Below are positions 26,901-41,245 of a stretch of 64,000 bases of DNA, piece after piece. The stretch lies in the NCBI RefSeq assembly GCF_009914755.1, contig NC_060939.1; one strand, 5' to 3'. Below the pieces are notes generated by a model, which was given only the letters and a program-made list of their open reading frames with translations, did not search any database and had not been told where the DNA came from. The DNA is from the human T2T-CHM13v2.0 reference genome, Homo sapiens. Numbering within the stretch: the stretch's first letter is position 1; each line of letters opens with the position of its first letter. The translations under genes were made by a program, and so were the position numbers.

Positions 26901-28606
26901 ATTGCACTCTCAATGCCACAGCATATGGAAGCCAACAGATTACCAGGTGAGATAATACACAAAGCCAGCACATGGAGATTCTCTAAAAATATCCTCTGTC
27001 CTTCCTGGACTCACCCAGCCTCAGAAACAATGGAATGCATGCATCCTCTCATATCACAAGGCTTCTAGGGATCCCAGGGATGCCTTCTTGCCTGACTTCA
27101 GCAGGTCGGCATGCATTGAATTTTTCTGGAGATAATGACAGTGGGCATACATAACTGCTCATACTCTCCAGCTTCGCCCATTAATCTCAACACTTACTGT
27201 GTGGTACATGCCTGGGTATATCAGACTGAGAGGGGGACAGGGCTTTTCATTCCTTAATCTATGGATGGATGAATTCGATTGCTACCATCATAATATGGAT
27301 GCAGGTAACCATGCCTCTATTTCCACTGTGTTTAAAATGTCACAATATTATAGCATAGCATAGTTAGGATGTGGGTCCTCCCACAGTAATGGTACCTAAG
27401 GAAGGAGGTGAGGCCTTGGAGAATGACTTTAGTCTCTTGGTTCCAGGCAATAGAAACCTGGCTTAACCCAGCTTGTACAAAAGTGGGTTGGTTCATGGTC
27501 TCCTAGAAGGGAATGAGCCAAAAAACAAAGGCATAGCAGGGCCTCAGGAAAAATCAAATCTTGGAACCTTGAATGCTTAGGGACTTGCTCTCCATTTTTC
27601 TTCCCTGTTTCTTTTTGCATGTTAACTTCATTCTCACCGAGCACCAGACTTTTCTCAAATGGTAAGAAACGTGACCACCATTTATGGTCCATATGATGGG
27701 AAACAGATATTCTATATCCGTGCATGAATAAATGATAGTTATCTATATCTATGTCTAGGTCTGTATTTATATCTATGATGATATAAAGTAGTTCTTCACA
27801 CTAAAGGGTGAAATAAGCCCAATATATCAGAAGTGCCCTTCCTGTGAATAAAAGCAATCTGCATTTCACTCTCTCATTTGGGATTTGTTCCCAAGTTACC
27901 CACAGCTCAGATCCTTTCTACATGCCATCAGAAGGTAACCAACCCCCAGTGAAAAGGTAAAGAACAGTCTATAAATTTGGTGGTTGCAACATCTTAAAAT
28001 GAAGAGGGGCAGTAGTGCAGAGAGAGGAGTCACCAGTGCAGTCTAGAGAAAGGAGGCTGGGGGAGTGGGCAATAAGAATCTTGGGAATTTGGGAGTGGCA
28101 GAACCAAATGCTACAATCTCTGCATTGCCAATCAGTAGGAGCGAGAAGGATAGTTTGATCCTGACAACTCCAGTGGGAATTAATACTTAGGGAAAAGAAG
28201 CATGTCAGAAACTGAGGATGCAAGTGAGCCTTGGGAAAGCATTCCAATATTTGTACCTTTACAAAAATCATATATTAAATTAAGATAATATCAGTAACAT
28301 TTAGCATACTTCATATTAGTAACAGTAAATATTATGTAAGGAATTCTCATTTATCATTCCTTATTTGGTACAAGCTTTTTAGAAACTTCTTCCTCCTCCA
28401 TTTTAACTAGATGGTCATAAATTCATTTTGTGTTGCTGCTAAAGATATGCATAATACACCAGCATCTGCACAGTCTCTGCACCCTGTTTAAAACCTCTCT
28501 ATTTTTAAGATATAGGATTGCCAGGTTCTGCTGCCAGTTCTCACTGGGTTCCAAAAATCTCTTCCAGGTCTTCCTTCCCAACAGGGGTGTTCTGAAGTGC
28601 TCTACT

Positions 28607-28769
28607 GCAGGACTTCTCAAACTGTACTGTGCATGTGAATCCCCCAGGGATCTGGTTAAAATGCAGAGTCCTACTCCGCAGGCTTGCAGTGGGGCTGAAG
28701 GTTTGCATTTCTAATGAGCTCTCAGGTGATGCAGAGGCAGCTGGCACAGAGACCCCCACTTGGAGCAGC
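28607..28769. mobile_element. MER5-type hAT MITE
   Basis: CTTCTCAAACT...GTTAAAATGCAGA...TGCATTTCTAATGAGCTCTCAGGTGATGC. Confidence 0.75.
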
Positions 28770-29166
28770 TCAGCAAGGCTCTCTGTGGGCTTTTCCTTCG
28801 CTGCAGTTGGCTTTATGCCCCCCAGTCCTTCAGCAGGAGGCTTCACTTCTTTGCCATCTGCTTGGCTTCTCTTTCTAGCCCCCATATTCTCATCTTCTAA
28901 TTATCCCCAACAGGGGTGCTTCACTTAAATAAAATTTCCCCAGGTTTCTCAGGAATAAAATCGGAATGGCTAGAGTTTCTCACCAGGGAACCTCCCCAAT
29001 GAGGATAAGGAGTGAAGGAGGGAAAGGCTGGGAGTAATTGGACAAGGAACATAGATTTTAGAAAAGGAGAGTCAGCAAGAAATAGGTGTCATGCTAGGGT
29101 CAGAGGATCTCAAAGGGTCTATATTGCTTCAGGACTGGGAGGGTCTGAAAAATGAAATTCCAGTCA

Positions 29167-29590
29167 TGTAATTGTGACTCAGCCTGTGGAATGAACTTTG
29201 TGTGCTCACTCATACACGTTCTTTTCCTTCCTGGTACTCACTTGCCTACCCCCTTGTAGTTAGGTGGGGCCATGTGATGAATTCTGGCTGGTGGTTTGTG
29301 AGTGGAAGTAATGTGTATCACCCCTATGCTGAAGCATTTACCTGCTGGTATAAGACCCTTGAGCACTCTCTTGCCCTGCTGCATTGATGAAGAAGGCCAC
29401 CTGTTTCAGTGGTGCAATATAGGATGTTGAGCCTTTGTCAACCTGTTTTGCTGAGTCATCGTTGCTTTGTCAGCCTATTTCGTGGGTCATCACTGGTTGA
29501 GTGATCAAGACTTAAACATTGTTTGTCATTGCTTTAACTAGGAGCAGTGTTTGTTATTGCAGCAAAAACTAGCTTATCCTGACTAATATA
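29167..29590 (+). mobile_element. MLT1 (J/H-like) MaLR LTR
   Basis: TGTAGTTAGGTGGGGCCATGTGATGAATTCTGG and end TTGTTATTGCAGCAAAAACTAGCTTATCCTGACTAATA. Confidence 0.7.
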
Positions 29591-29729
29591 TTGCACAGTG
29601 AGAGAGGGAAGGAGGAAGCATGGAGGGAATTAGTGAAGCTTCTTGGAAGCTCCTCCAGGTACAGACTTAGACCATATATAAAAGATGGAGGAAGCAGGGC
29701 TGCCTCCAAACAGAGCTCAGGAAGAACAG

Positions 29730-30360
29730 AGGCTTAAACTAGAGCTTGAGAAGAGCAGAGGCTTGGAGAAAATGCTGAACTCATCAGAAGGAGGTTTTAT
29801 GGCTCTGTATAGATCAAGAAGAACAAGAAAAGGAAAGACACATTGTTTGGAGGAAATGATGTAAATATACCAGGGAACAAAGAGGAAGCAAAACTGCTCA
29901 CCTCCTACTTTGCTTCCATTTTCCATAGCAAGGGAAATAATCTTTAATCTAAAAAGGATGAAACAAAAGGCATGCAGAGGGAAGTGGTGTTTAAGACATT
30001 AGACAATGAGCTTTGTCTCTTCAGCATCTAACATCGCACTGGCACAGTGGTGTTGCTCAAGAACGTTTGCTGAATGAATGAATAAAAATATGTGAAGGGG
30101 TAGGAAGAGGTTCTAACTTTTTTCATTGGATTTAAGTCCTTGGGCCCTGATGAATTAAATTCCAAGGTCCTGAGAGGAAGTGCAGCTGTGAAAGCAGAAG
30201 TAGTGTTAGTAATCTTCCAGAAATCAAGGGCAATGGGAAAGGGAGGGGTCAGATTAGAAATCTGAGTTCTTTTAATAAAGGGAGGAATAAAGGGGGAATC
30301 CAGAACCTCTCCAACAGTGAATTAATTTTAACTTCTGGCACGATTCTAGAAGCAGCTATT
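29730..30360 (+). mobile_element. CR1/L3 LINE ORF2 fossil with a small L2 piece at ~30010-30085
   Basis: Decayed codons resembling CR1 ORF2 motifs upstream of and entering the RT domain (KSPGPDE.HPRVLKE, PGKILEQ.I). Confidence 0.7.
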
Positions 30361-30929
30361 CCCATTTGTCTTCTAGAAATGAGTCTATTAAGTTGATGAC
30401 TTAGGAACAACTGGGAAATAAAATAGTTATTGGGAGTCTATTTATACTTAGAATTGCTTATTTTTATTGAGGACTTACCTAGTGCCAATCAATGTGCAAT
30501 CAACAATTGCACATTGATTATTTTAGTCAGCGCTCATCATCATCTAATGAGGCACCACATTCTTACAGTTGAGGACATGGATCATACCATCAAGATCCAC
30601 ATCCTGCTCTCCCTGACTCCAAAAACAGCACTCTCCACCATGAAGCTGCAAGAGCCCCCACAACTGGTGGAGAGCTGTTGGGGGAGGGGAGAAGACTGGC
30701 TGGAGGGTGGGATAAGTTAAAGCCCCTTCACCTGTGGCCACAGAGACCACCCTACATGCTTCCCTATGTTTACAAAATCAGAATAGCCTGGAAGTCAGCA
30801 TGTGGCTGAAGCATCCCTCTTGACCAGGATGCACAGCAGAGCTTCACAACCACTGCCTAGGAGGATGGAAATGGCGGTCCTCACCAATTTGAAGGACATT
30901 GATATGAAAGAAGAAACAGGGAAGATAAC

Positions 30930-31337
30930 CGTTATTGTTTGGATATTTGTCCCCTCCAAATCACATGCTAAAATGTGATCCCCAGTGTTGGAGGTGGACC
31001 TAGTGGGAGGTCATGGGGGTGGATCCCTCATAAATGGCTTAGTACCCTCCTCCTGGTAGTAAGTTCTCATTCTATTAGTTCACGTGGGATCTGGTTGTTA
31101 AAAAGAGTCTAGGTCCTCCCTCCTGTCTCTACTGCTCCCATTCTCACCGTGTGACACCCCTGCTCCTCCTTTGACTTCTGTCATGATTGTAAGCTCCCTG
31201 AGACCTTACCAGAAACAGATGCCAGCTCTATGCTTCTTGTACAGTCTACAGAACTCTGAGCCAAAATAAACCTGTTTTCTTTATAAATTATCCAGCCTCA
31301 GGCATTCCTTTGTAGCAATGCAAAATGAACTAGTGCA
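30930..31337 (+). mobile_element. MST (MSTB-like) MaLR solo LTR
   Basis: GTTTGGATATTTGTCCCCTCCAAATC start; AATAAACCTGTTTTCTTTATAAATTATCCAGCCTCAGG end region. Confidence 0.85.
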
Positions 31338-32151
31338 ATATGTTAGCTTGAAATAGCCAATTTCCCTCTTGTTGATTGTCGTCTGTTGATTTTTTCCTTC
31401 TGTGCAGCCTTCACATCATTAGGGGAAAGCCATAGGCTGATTTGCTCACAGGAAGGAGAGGACAGATGCGTGACAGAGCTCATGGGGCAATGGGAAAATA
31501 TTGTCAAGCAGAAATGAAGTTAGAAAGATGCTCAAAGGAAAGAAAGATGGGCAAGAGGTGCAAATGAGTATCTGCCAGTTCCTCAAACTCCCACGCTGCC
31601 CCCAAACACCACTAGAGTCGAATTCTTGAGTGGGGGTGGTGGCAAGTAAAGGCACACACGAGTTTGAGAGAAACCCAGAGCATGGCACATTTGCAGCTTC
31701 CCAAGGCATGTCCTGGTAAAATTCTAAGCCCTTTAAAGTCCACCCTCAATTCCCCAAAGCCAATACTGTATTAATATCTGGTCATATTTAAGGTGCATGA
31801 CACATTGTTCCAAAACCCTTAGTGCAATTCCCAGCTTTAATAACTTCAGAAGTATAAATGAAACAAACTTACAAAAGAGGTTATATAAAAATGTAATTAT
31901 TTAAATTCCATTTACACTTATTGCATTTGTGAATTTGAAGCAATGTATTTTTTAATTTGACATTTTAAAAAATGATAGACTCCTCTTGCAGATGGTAAGC
32001 ATTGACTGAAACAAACAATTAAAAATGGGATTGTTCTAAATTCACAAAACTAAAAAGGTCTAAAAGAAACTTGAATAACTAAAACTTCAGATTTTTTTTT
32101 GGTAAAGTTTGCAACATTTATTTACACTTCTGCAATGATTAAAGCTTAGCA

Positions 32152-32454
32152 CGGGCAGGGCATGGTGGTTCACACCTGTAATCTCGGCACTATGGGAGTC
32201 GAGGTGGCAGGATTACGTGAGGCCAGGAGTTTGAGAATAGCCTGGGCAACACAGTGAGGCCCCATCTCTAAAAAAAAATTTACAAAGTAGCTGGACATGG
32301 TGGCATCTACCCATAGTCCCCGCTACTTGGGAGGGTGAGGCAGAAGGATGGCTTGAGTCCAGGAGTTTGAGGTTGCAGTGAGCTATGATTGTACCTGCTG
32401 CACTCCACCCTGGGCACCTGTCTCCAAAGAAAGAAAGAAAGAAAAAAGAAAAAA
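32152..32454 (+). mobile_element. AluJ-like SINE with (GAAA)n tail
   Basis: Dimeric Alu, GAGCTATGATTGTACC. Confidence 0.9.
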
Positions 32455-33484
32455 GAGCTTAAAACTTCTCTAAGATGTTGGAAACACTGTATAAGAAGGC
32501 AGTTTCTCATTCTCCACTGTCAAGTTACTTTGCAGGCTGAATCTGCAAGCTGTGCAAACAGCATTCAGTACTAGGAGCTGTGGGTTGCTTATCAATGGCC
32601 AATCAAGACTTTGAACTTTAAAATTCTGTAATCATTGCCAAGTCCTCAGGCATATTTGGAGTTTCTATTTCTTTGGCTTCTGTTTCTGTTTGTTGGCTCG
32701 TTTTATGAATTTTGGTTTGTTTTGTAATTTATAAGGGCTCTGAGATCCAGGTAAGCCTATTCCCATAGTGAAGCAAAGGAGGTGCTGTGTGTGTGTTTTA
32801 AAAAGATTTTATCATGGAAGCTTTCAGAAATACAAAAAGTAGTATAAATCCCCATGACCCAACCCCAATCACTATGAATGTTTTATTTATTATTTTGCTG
32901 AAGTGTTTCAGAGCAAATAATAAATGTGTAAGGTTTTGTTGAGCTTAAAAAGACAGCTTCAATATTGGAAATGGAACCAAATAGTATTAGGGTAATTGTC
33001 AGAGAGAGAGAAAGAAAGAACAAAAGAGGGAGGGTGGGAGGGAGAGAAGACACTGAAATAGAAGAACATCCACAATGAGATTCCTATATTTATCCCCGCG
33101 TTCCTTCCTGGCCCCTTTCCACAGTTTTCTCTACTTCCCACCTACTTAGTTCTTTGCTTTGAAATATCAACAACCTTGGCAAGCAGAGGCATCTCTAAAC
33201 GAAGGTTTTGTATCAGAATGAAGGAAAAGGAAGCCTGCACTCTTTTCTGCGTCTTTCTAGGCCTCTCTCCTGCCTGTCTTCCCTTGGAGTTTGCAGTCTC
33301 ACTGCCAGGCCCTCAAGTTGCTGGGTGGCTTCCTTTTCCTTTTCTGTGCAGAAGGAACTTAACTCTTAATCCTGGAACATAGCCATTTTTCCTTTGCTAG
33401 CAAGGCTTGGGAATAGGGCAGGGAAAGGAAAACTCTATAGAGTGGAAGGGATCTGTCTTTCCTTGGGGACACCTCACCCTGGAA

Positions 33485-33744
33485 CAGCATTTCCTCAAAC
33501 TACAGTTCTATGAATGTCTAGAATTCTGATTACTGAAACTAGGATTTCCACTAATAAAGCTCCCCAAATTAGTCTGGGGCACAATATTTACAAGAAATAT
33601 TAGGCTGTTAAAAACTTAAATGATATGCAATAAAAATAACCCTCTTTAACTTTGTCTTAGTTTAATAGTGGAACTTTTTTCTGACTACCTATTAATATCT
33701 CATTGTATATTAGTTTTTTGTAAAGCACAGTTTGGGGAATGCTG
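33485..33744. mobile_element. hAT-Charlie-type MITE
   Basis: Inverted ends CAGCATTTCCTCAAACT / AGTTTGGGGAATGCTG. Confidence 0.7.
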
Positions 33745-34584
33745 TCTTGAACTTATTCTTTCTGATCTGAAACAACAGGGTGGGATAAATCACCTCTCCC
33801 AGCTTGGTAAGGGACAACTGATTCCATTTGGATATTTCAATGTGATGGAAGGTCAGAAACCAGAGAGTCAGAGCTTACTAAGGCGATGTAGGGTTGTTAG
33901 ATCCTACATGGAATATACATGGTGATTCCAGAGGGCCAGTGTGACTACTGGTTAAGGCAGGCAAAGCCGTCAGACAAAGCAGAAAAGAGGAGTACTCGGG
34001 TGCCCACTGGCAGCCTTGGAATTGGTGTGGGATCCTACAGAGACCCGAGATGGGGTCAAGGGAAGCTCTTGCTCTGGTGGCTCAGGGCATGGGCTGCTGA
34101 GGCTAGGGTGATCTCAGACCTGCTCCTAGAGGCCTATGGCCAAAGAGAACAATCATTCTTGAAACGGGAATGCAAAGACCACCAGCCCAAGGGAGGACAC
34201 ATTAGCCCAGGAGTTAGAAGAGCAGAGGAAAAATAACCCAACAATTATGTATATATGTATGTATTTTTACAGCATGTGTCTGTAAGGAATTTTTACATTT
34301 TCAAGATGTTTTAGAAGTAAATTAAAAAGCAATCTCAAAAGACACCATGATATTTAAAGATTTCATCACCCACTTTTAGCACTTTCAAACTATGTCTTTG
34401 CCATTCTTGAGATCTTAATTTTGATTCATTCTCAAAATTGTGCCACTCTTTTGTGAAGACTGCACTGTTGTTTTCTTGGTATTTAGCTTTGTAGAGACCA
34501 GCTTGACCTGTGTTCCTCTATATATAATTTGTTTTCTTTTAGAGGCCTAGATTCTTATGGAAATTTATTTTAACTTTTAAAACA

Positions 34585-35347
<763 letters not shown>

Positions 35348-35852
35348 AGATTAGATTCCAACATTTATCTTACAAATATTTTCCTTCCTTTGAGCCCTGA
35401 AGCCATTGCCTTAGTTCAGGTCTCACTGTTTCTCACCTGTAAGATTCCAATAATCTCCCAGCATCCTCCATTCTTTCCTCTATTCCCTCTCATCTCTCAC
35501 GTACCCTCCCGGCAAAGTTAACTTTCCAAACTATAAACCCCTATTTATCTTCCAGCTTTAAGCCTTTCAAGTAATCCTCTATTGCTAAAAGATAAAGTCT
35601 AAACTGATTTTGGATTTTGCCCTTGTATTTATCTCTCTGACCCTACATCTTTCTCACTTATAATCTGCACTCCAATTGCTGGGAGCTGCCTTGCTGCACC
35701 TTTACTGGGCTTATTCATTCACACATACTTTTCCTTCTGCCTAGAGTACCTTCTTGCCTTTGTGCATCTGAAAAATTCTTTTTGCTCTGTCAAGAATTTG
35801 CTCAAATGCTGCCTTTTTCTGGGAGGATTTCTCTTGTTTGCTCCCATAATTT

Positions 35853-36183
35853 CTTTTTTTTTTCATTTTAATTTTTAAGTTCAGGGGTACATGTACAGAT
35901 TTGTTATGTAGGTAAACTAGTGTCATGGGAGTTTGTTATACAGATTATTTTGTCACCCATTAGTTATTTTCCTGATCCTCTCCCTCCTCCCACCCTCCAC
36001 CCTCCAGTAGGCCCCAGTGTGTGCTGTTCCCCTCTATGTGTCCATGTGTTCTCATCATTTAGCTCCCACTTTTAAGTGAGAACATGTGGTATTTGGTTTT
36101 CTGTTTCTGCATTAGTTTACTAAGGATAGTGGCCTCCAGCTTCCTCCATGTTCCTGCAGAAGACATGATCTTATTCTTTTTTA
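35853..36183 (-). mobile_element. 5'-truncated L1PA (older primate) 3' end with 14-bp TSD, inserted in an L2
   Basis: TSD TGCTCCCAT(A/G)ATTT at 35839-35852 and 36184-36197; typical L1PA 3' UTR. Confidence 0.9.
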
Positions 36184-36254
36184 TGCTCCCATGATTTATT
36201 TTTCTTGCCTGTTAATATACCACTTCTTGCATAGCTATTTTTATTCATGTAGGC

Positions 36255-36735
36255 ATACATTAGAAATGTATTCAAGCAATAGAGTCCTGAGTACAAATGG
36301 TGGCTTAAACAAGTGGAGGTTATTTTTCTCATAATAAGATATGCAGACGTAAGCGGTTCTTAGGTAGGAAATGCACTCACCAATGTCATCAGGAACACAG
36401 GGACTTTACATATTACTCCTCCATCCATGGTCTCTGGCTTGTCACCCCTTCATCACTAGATGGCTGCTGTATCATGTCTACATTCCAGACAGGAAGCAAA
36501 AAAGCTGTGTGTGTAGCTGTCCCTCTTTTCGTGTTATAGCAAAAGCTTTTCCAGAACACCCCTCAGCAGACTTCTGTTTATATTTCCTTGACCTGAACTG
36601 TATTTCATAGCCATTTTTAGCTAGAAGGGAGAGTAGATAAACAAATATTTCACTCCGCAATCTCTATAACAGAGAAGGGCAAGGGAGAGGAGAATTGGAA
36701 TTATGTGTAGAGTGAGTCAACCTACAGTGTCTACT
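36255..36735 (-). mobile_element. Old MLT1-type MaLR LTR
   Basis: TGGCTTAAACAAGTGGAGGTTATTTTTCTCA...CCCTCAGCAGACTTC. Confidence 0.5.
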
Positions 36736-36877
36736 ACAAACAGTGTCTCTGATGGACTGAGAGCTACCTCCTAGAACACAGGAATATTCTATTAATACTA
36801 ATTTCTGTTCTGAATTCTTTGTGTCTAGTATAGGATTTGGCCTTTGGTAAATACTATTTGAAATTCATAAATATTTG

Positions 36878-37204
36878 CTTTGTTTTTAAATTTTATTTTA
36901 TTTTTTATTTATTTTTTTTTTTTGAGACAGAGTCTTGCTCTATTGCCCAGGCTGGAGTGCAGTGGCAGGATCTCAGCTCACCACAACCTCCATGTCCCAG
37001 GTTCAAGCGATTCTCGTGCCTCAGCCTCCTGAGTCGCTGGGACTACAGGTGTGCTCCACCACGCCCAGCTAATTTTTGTATTTTTAGTAGAGACAGGGTT
37101 TCATCATGTTGGCCAGGCTGGTATCGAACTCATGACCTCAGGTGATTCACCTGCCTCAGCCTCCCAAAGTGGGGGATTACAGGTGTGAGCCACTGCACAT
37201 GGCT
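36878..37204 (-). mobile_element. AluSx-like SINE
   Basis: TSD TGAAATT(C)ATAAATATTTG. Confidence 0.92.
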
Positions 37205-37478
37205 GAAATTATAAATATTTGAGTGAACACATGCATGCAGTATACCAAACATTAAGAAAAATATGAAGGGTTTTAATTTTTATTTTTTTGATGTACTAGA
37301 GAAGGTTGTTTTTCATTCACAATCTGAAGCTGTGCACAGGTATACAAACACAAAGAGGCAAAGATTTGTGTGCTATTAGGTAGAATAACAGTAGCAGTTA
37401 GGACCTAAAGCCTCAGGTCCATTCTCTGCCCTTCTCTGTAGGTTACTGTCTTACTGGTGAGAGAAGAGGGGAGGCTAG

Positions 37479-37795
<317 letters not shown>

Positions 37796-40298
37796 ATAAC
37801 CCTCTTGAGTAGCAAATGCTGACTGGACACATGGAGGAGGAAAGAGGAGGGTTGACTCAGAGAGGGGGAGCAATCCTGGGAACTGGGGTGTGCCCACAAA
37901 CCATCACCCTCACTAATGGTCTTTAACTACTTGGGAGAGATTATATTCTTTTGGGTGGTGAGACTGTTCCTATTTTGCAAACCACTGTAAATTTATTCTA
38001 CTACGTTGCAATTCCCTTTAGCTACCCAAGCTCTTCAGTAAAATGAGCCTCACACATACAGCCTTATGAGGTGGTGTTGTGGAGGCCAATAGGATAGTGA
38101 AGATTGGGCTTTCCCAGGTCACCCTCCCAGAGGCCAGTGTGGCAGAAGCAACCCTGCGTGGACACAGATAACCGTGAACTTGCTGGGGCTGGCGCAGCAG
38201 TGAAGATGGAATATTATGGAATTGTCAACAGCAGCACTGACAGAAGCAGGAGGGCACACCTGCCAAGAGAGCGACTCAGGATCAGACTCGGGGCTCATAG
38301 CAAACCCTATCATCTCCAAATATATTGGAGAAAGGAGTCTCTGGAATAGAGAGGAGGGATGAAGAGAGGGTTGCCAGGATCCAGTGTTGCATCTTATGAA
38401 TTGTGACCTTCAGCAAGTTACCATCCTTTCTAAACCTTATAGGACCAACGCCACAGGGTTATTGTGAGGAGTAGAGGAGAAAATGCATAGAACGCACTGA
38501 GAACATAGTTAATGCTCAGCAGTTATTACCACTATTTTGGAAATCTTAAGTTCTACTTCTTATCCCTCATTATAAACAAGGGTAAGCTAAGCCAAAAGGT
38601 TGTAAAGATTGTTCCAAAGTACAGTGCTATGTTGCCATAGTACTCTAGGCATAGCTCCATGTCAGCCCTTATCATATTGCTCAAAAATTGTTTTTGTACC
38701 AGTTTCCACCACTGGACTGTTATTTGGAGGGCAAGGTCTGCCTAAGCCAGCTGACACACCTGACACAGGGCACATGCCACAGCATGTAGTATTGCTCAAC
38801 TAATGTTTGTGGAGCTGAAGTGTGACACAGCCAACCTCTCCACACTCTCATTCCACACGCACTACCTCCCTTACCAATGTGACCTCTCCCCAACCTCTAA
38901 CTTCTCCTCTGGCCGTTTGGAGTGTCCTGGAAAACCTTGAGCAGGCGTTTTCATTCAACAAGGACTTCCAAGGGACAACCACCCTTTCCCTTCCTGTCCG
39001 TTCTTGGGCAAGGCAGAAACTCTCAGTTCACAACAGGAAACCAATAGCTTTGTGCTATCAGAAGACATTTCCTTCACAGCACAAAATGTCTGAGTAATAA
39101 TTTCAAGCTGGGCTTCACCCATTTCCTGTGAAAGAAGGCAAATTTGCCTATCCTTGTCCTACAGAGCCCTGGCTTTCCAGGCCTGCAGTGGTGCAAAGCC
39201 TTCTGCACTGGGAAGATGAGTCTATCTTCTCCCTTTCACATACCAGATCCAGCATCCTGTGTAGCAGACACTCTTGGGATGGCTTCTCAACATTTATCCA
39301 GAACACAGTCACTGCGACTAATTTGTGCCCTGTTCTGAGTATATTTCACAGGCAGCTTTGAGAGTACAAAACTCCTGGGTAATGAAAGTCATAGCTTTTT
39401 CTGAAAATCAAGAGTCAATTTGGCTACCAGTAATTAACAGAGGTTGGGGCCATGAAAAGTCTGCGGGGCTGATTTTCAGTAGCTCCTCTGTAACTGATTT
39501 TTGTCTGTACAGAAAAATGACCATAAAATTGTTTTTCCATGGACCATATGGTCATTCCACTGTCTTGGGACAGGAGTTAGAGCACCCGGGACAGATGACA
39601 CTATACACTAAGATTCTTAAAATAATCTAGTCCTTCTTAGTGATCACATTCGGTCTTTTAATGTTAAGTCTGGAAAAGTTAAGGGACACTCTTATTCAAT
39701 TGCTCCCATTTTACAAAAGGGAACACTGAAGCCTCCAGAGGCAAATGACTTCTCAGAAGCTGCAGAGCAGGAGTGTCAGAGCCAGGTTAGAATTCAGGTT
39801 TCTTCATTTTTGGGAACATTGCTTTCCCTCCTCCAAAGATGAACATTTTGAATTCCTCTCTTTTAGTATTGTCTTAGAAGCTTCTTATGCGGGTAGCAGA
39901 ACTCCTTGTATTTCTACAAGAAAAAGCCGGCAGGAACTCCTGGGTTTTAGGGAGAATTTAGACCCACCTTTTTCTTCCCAAATCATGTTAAGCAGGAACG
40001 GAAGGAACAGGCTTATTTTGAGCAGCCCCAGGCAAAGATATTTAATCGTATGAAGTAGAAAGAGTTAATGAGGGAGGCAGTGACCAGTCAGCTTACCGTC
40101 ATGGTGGAAGGTGAGCCTGTCAGCAGCAGTCAAAGCAAAGTATGCCTCCAGTTTCTACAGCAGTGGTCACGCCTAACCCATGGGGGCTGAGCTGGAGAGA
40201 CCAAGCAGAAAGATCAAGCACGCATTTATCTGTGGTAAAACTGGCATTGGAATCATTCAGTTTAGAGAACAAGGATGCAGAACCTGTAGAAATCAATT

Positions 40299-40582
40299 GG
40301 CCGGGTATGGTGGCTCACGCCTGTAATCCCAGCACCTTGGGAGGCCTAGGCAGGCGGATCACCTGACGTCAGGAGTTCAAGACCAGTGTGGCCAACACGG
40401 TGAAACTCCGTCTCTAAAAATACAAAAATTAGTTGGGCATGATGGCAGATGCCTGTAATCCCAGCTACTTAGGAGGCTGAGGCAGGAGAATTGCTTGAAC
40501 TCAGGAGGCGGAGTTTGCAGTGAGCGGAGATCGCACCGTTGCACTCCAGCCTGGATGACAGAGGAGACTACATCTAAACAAA

Positions 40583-40621
<39 letters not shown>

Positions 40622-40622
40622 A
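40299..40622 (+). mobile_element. AluS-like SINE with (TAAA)n microsatellite tail
   Basis: Full dimer; (AAAT)n 40580-40622. Confidence 0.93.
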
Positions 40623-40840
40623 TTGACTGAAAGAGGCACTAAAAGCCAAGACTAAGAGTAGTAAGTAAGTTCTCTAAAGCAAGAAGGGGAGGTCCCAGAT
40701 CTTGTGGGATAGGAATAGTGTAGGACATACAGGTAACCATGTGGACTAGACCAGAATTGTTTCTCTCACCACACTGGTTACAGTGCCTCACCAGTGCCTT
40801 AGGAAGGAGAAGCATGTCTGGATGCTTGAGTCTAAGCATG

Positions 40841-40881
40841 TATTCGGTTGGTGCAAAAGTAATTGCAGTTTTCCCCATTAC
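40841..40881 (+). mobile_element. Half MADE1 (Hsmar1 mariner MITE)
   Basis: TA|TTCGGTTGGTGCAAAAGTAATTGCAGTTTTCCCCATTAC matches one MADE1 arm. Confidence 0.8.
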
Positions 40882-40921
40882 ATACATTTCCAGTTTTCAG
40901 TTCAGGGAGTGAGCTTCACCA

Positions 40922-41245
40922 TTTTCTGTTTTCTTTTCTTTTCTTTGTTTGGGGATGGGGAAGATGGGGACTCTGTATGTTACCCAGGCTAGAGTTCAGT
41001 GGTTCTTCAGAGGGGCAATCAAAAGGCACTATAGCCTTGAACTGTGGTGCTCAAGCAATCTTCCTGCTTCAGCCTCCAAGTAGCTGGGACTACAGGTGCG
41101 CCACTACGCGGGGTAATTTTTTTTTTTTTTTGGTAGAGATGGAGTCTCTCTATATTGCCCAGGCTGGTCTTGAACTCCTGGGCGGCTCAAACAATCCTCC
41201 CATCCCAAAGTGCTGGGATTGCAAGCGTGAACTACCACAATTGGC
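40922..41245 (-). mobile_element. Very old Alu-family dimer: FLAM-like left arm plus FAM-like right arm
   Basis: Right arm has an extra 11 nt at 41003-41013 resembling the 7SL/FAM segment CTATTCACAGG. Confidence 0.7.

Noticed and set aside
27466-27486. ACCCAGCTTGTACAAAAGTGG resembles a Gateway attB2 site
   Set aside because: Imperfect (indels), no partner att site or vector sequence, and embedded in old LTR-like genomic sequence; judged coincidence
40841-40881. miR-548-like gene
   Set aside because: Only one MADE1 arm is present, so no precursor hairpin can form
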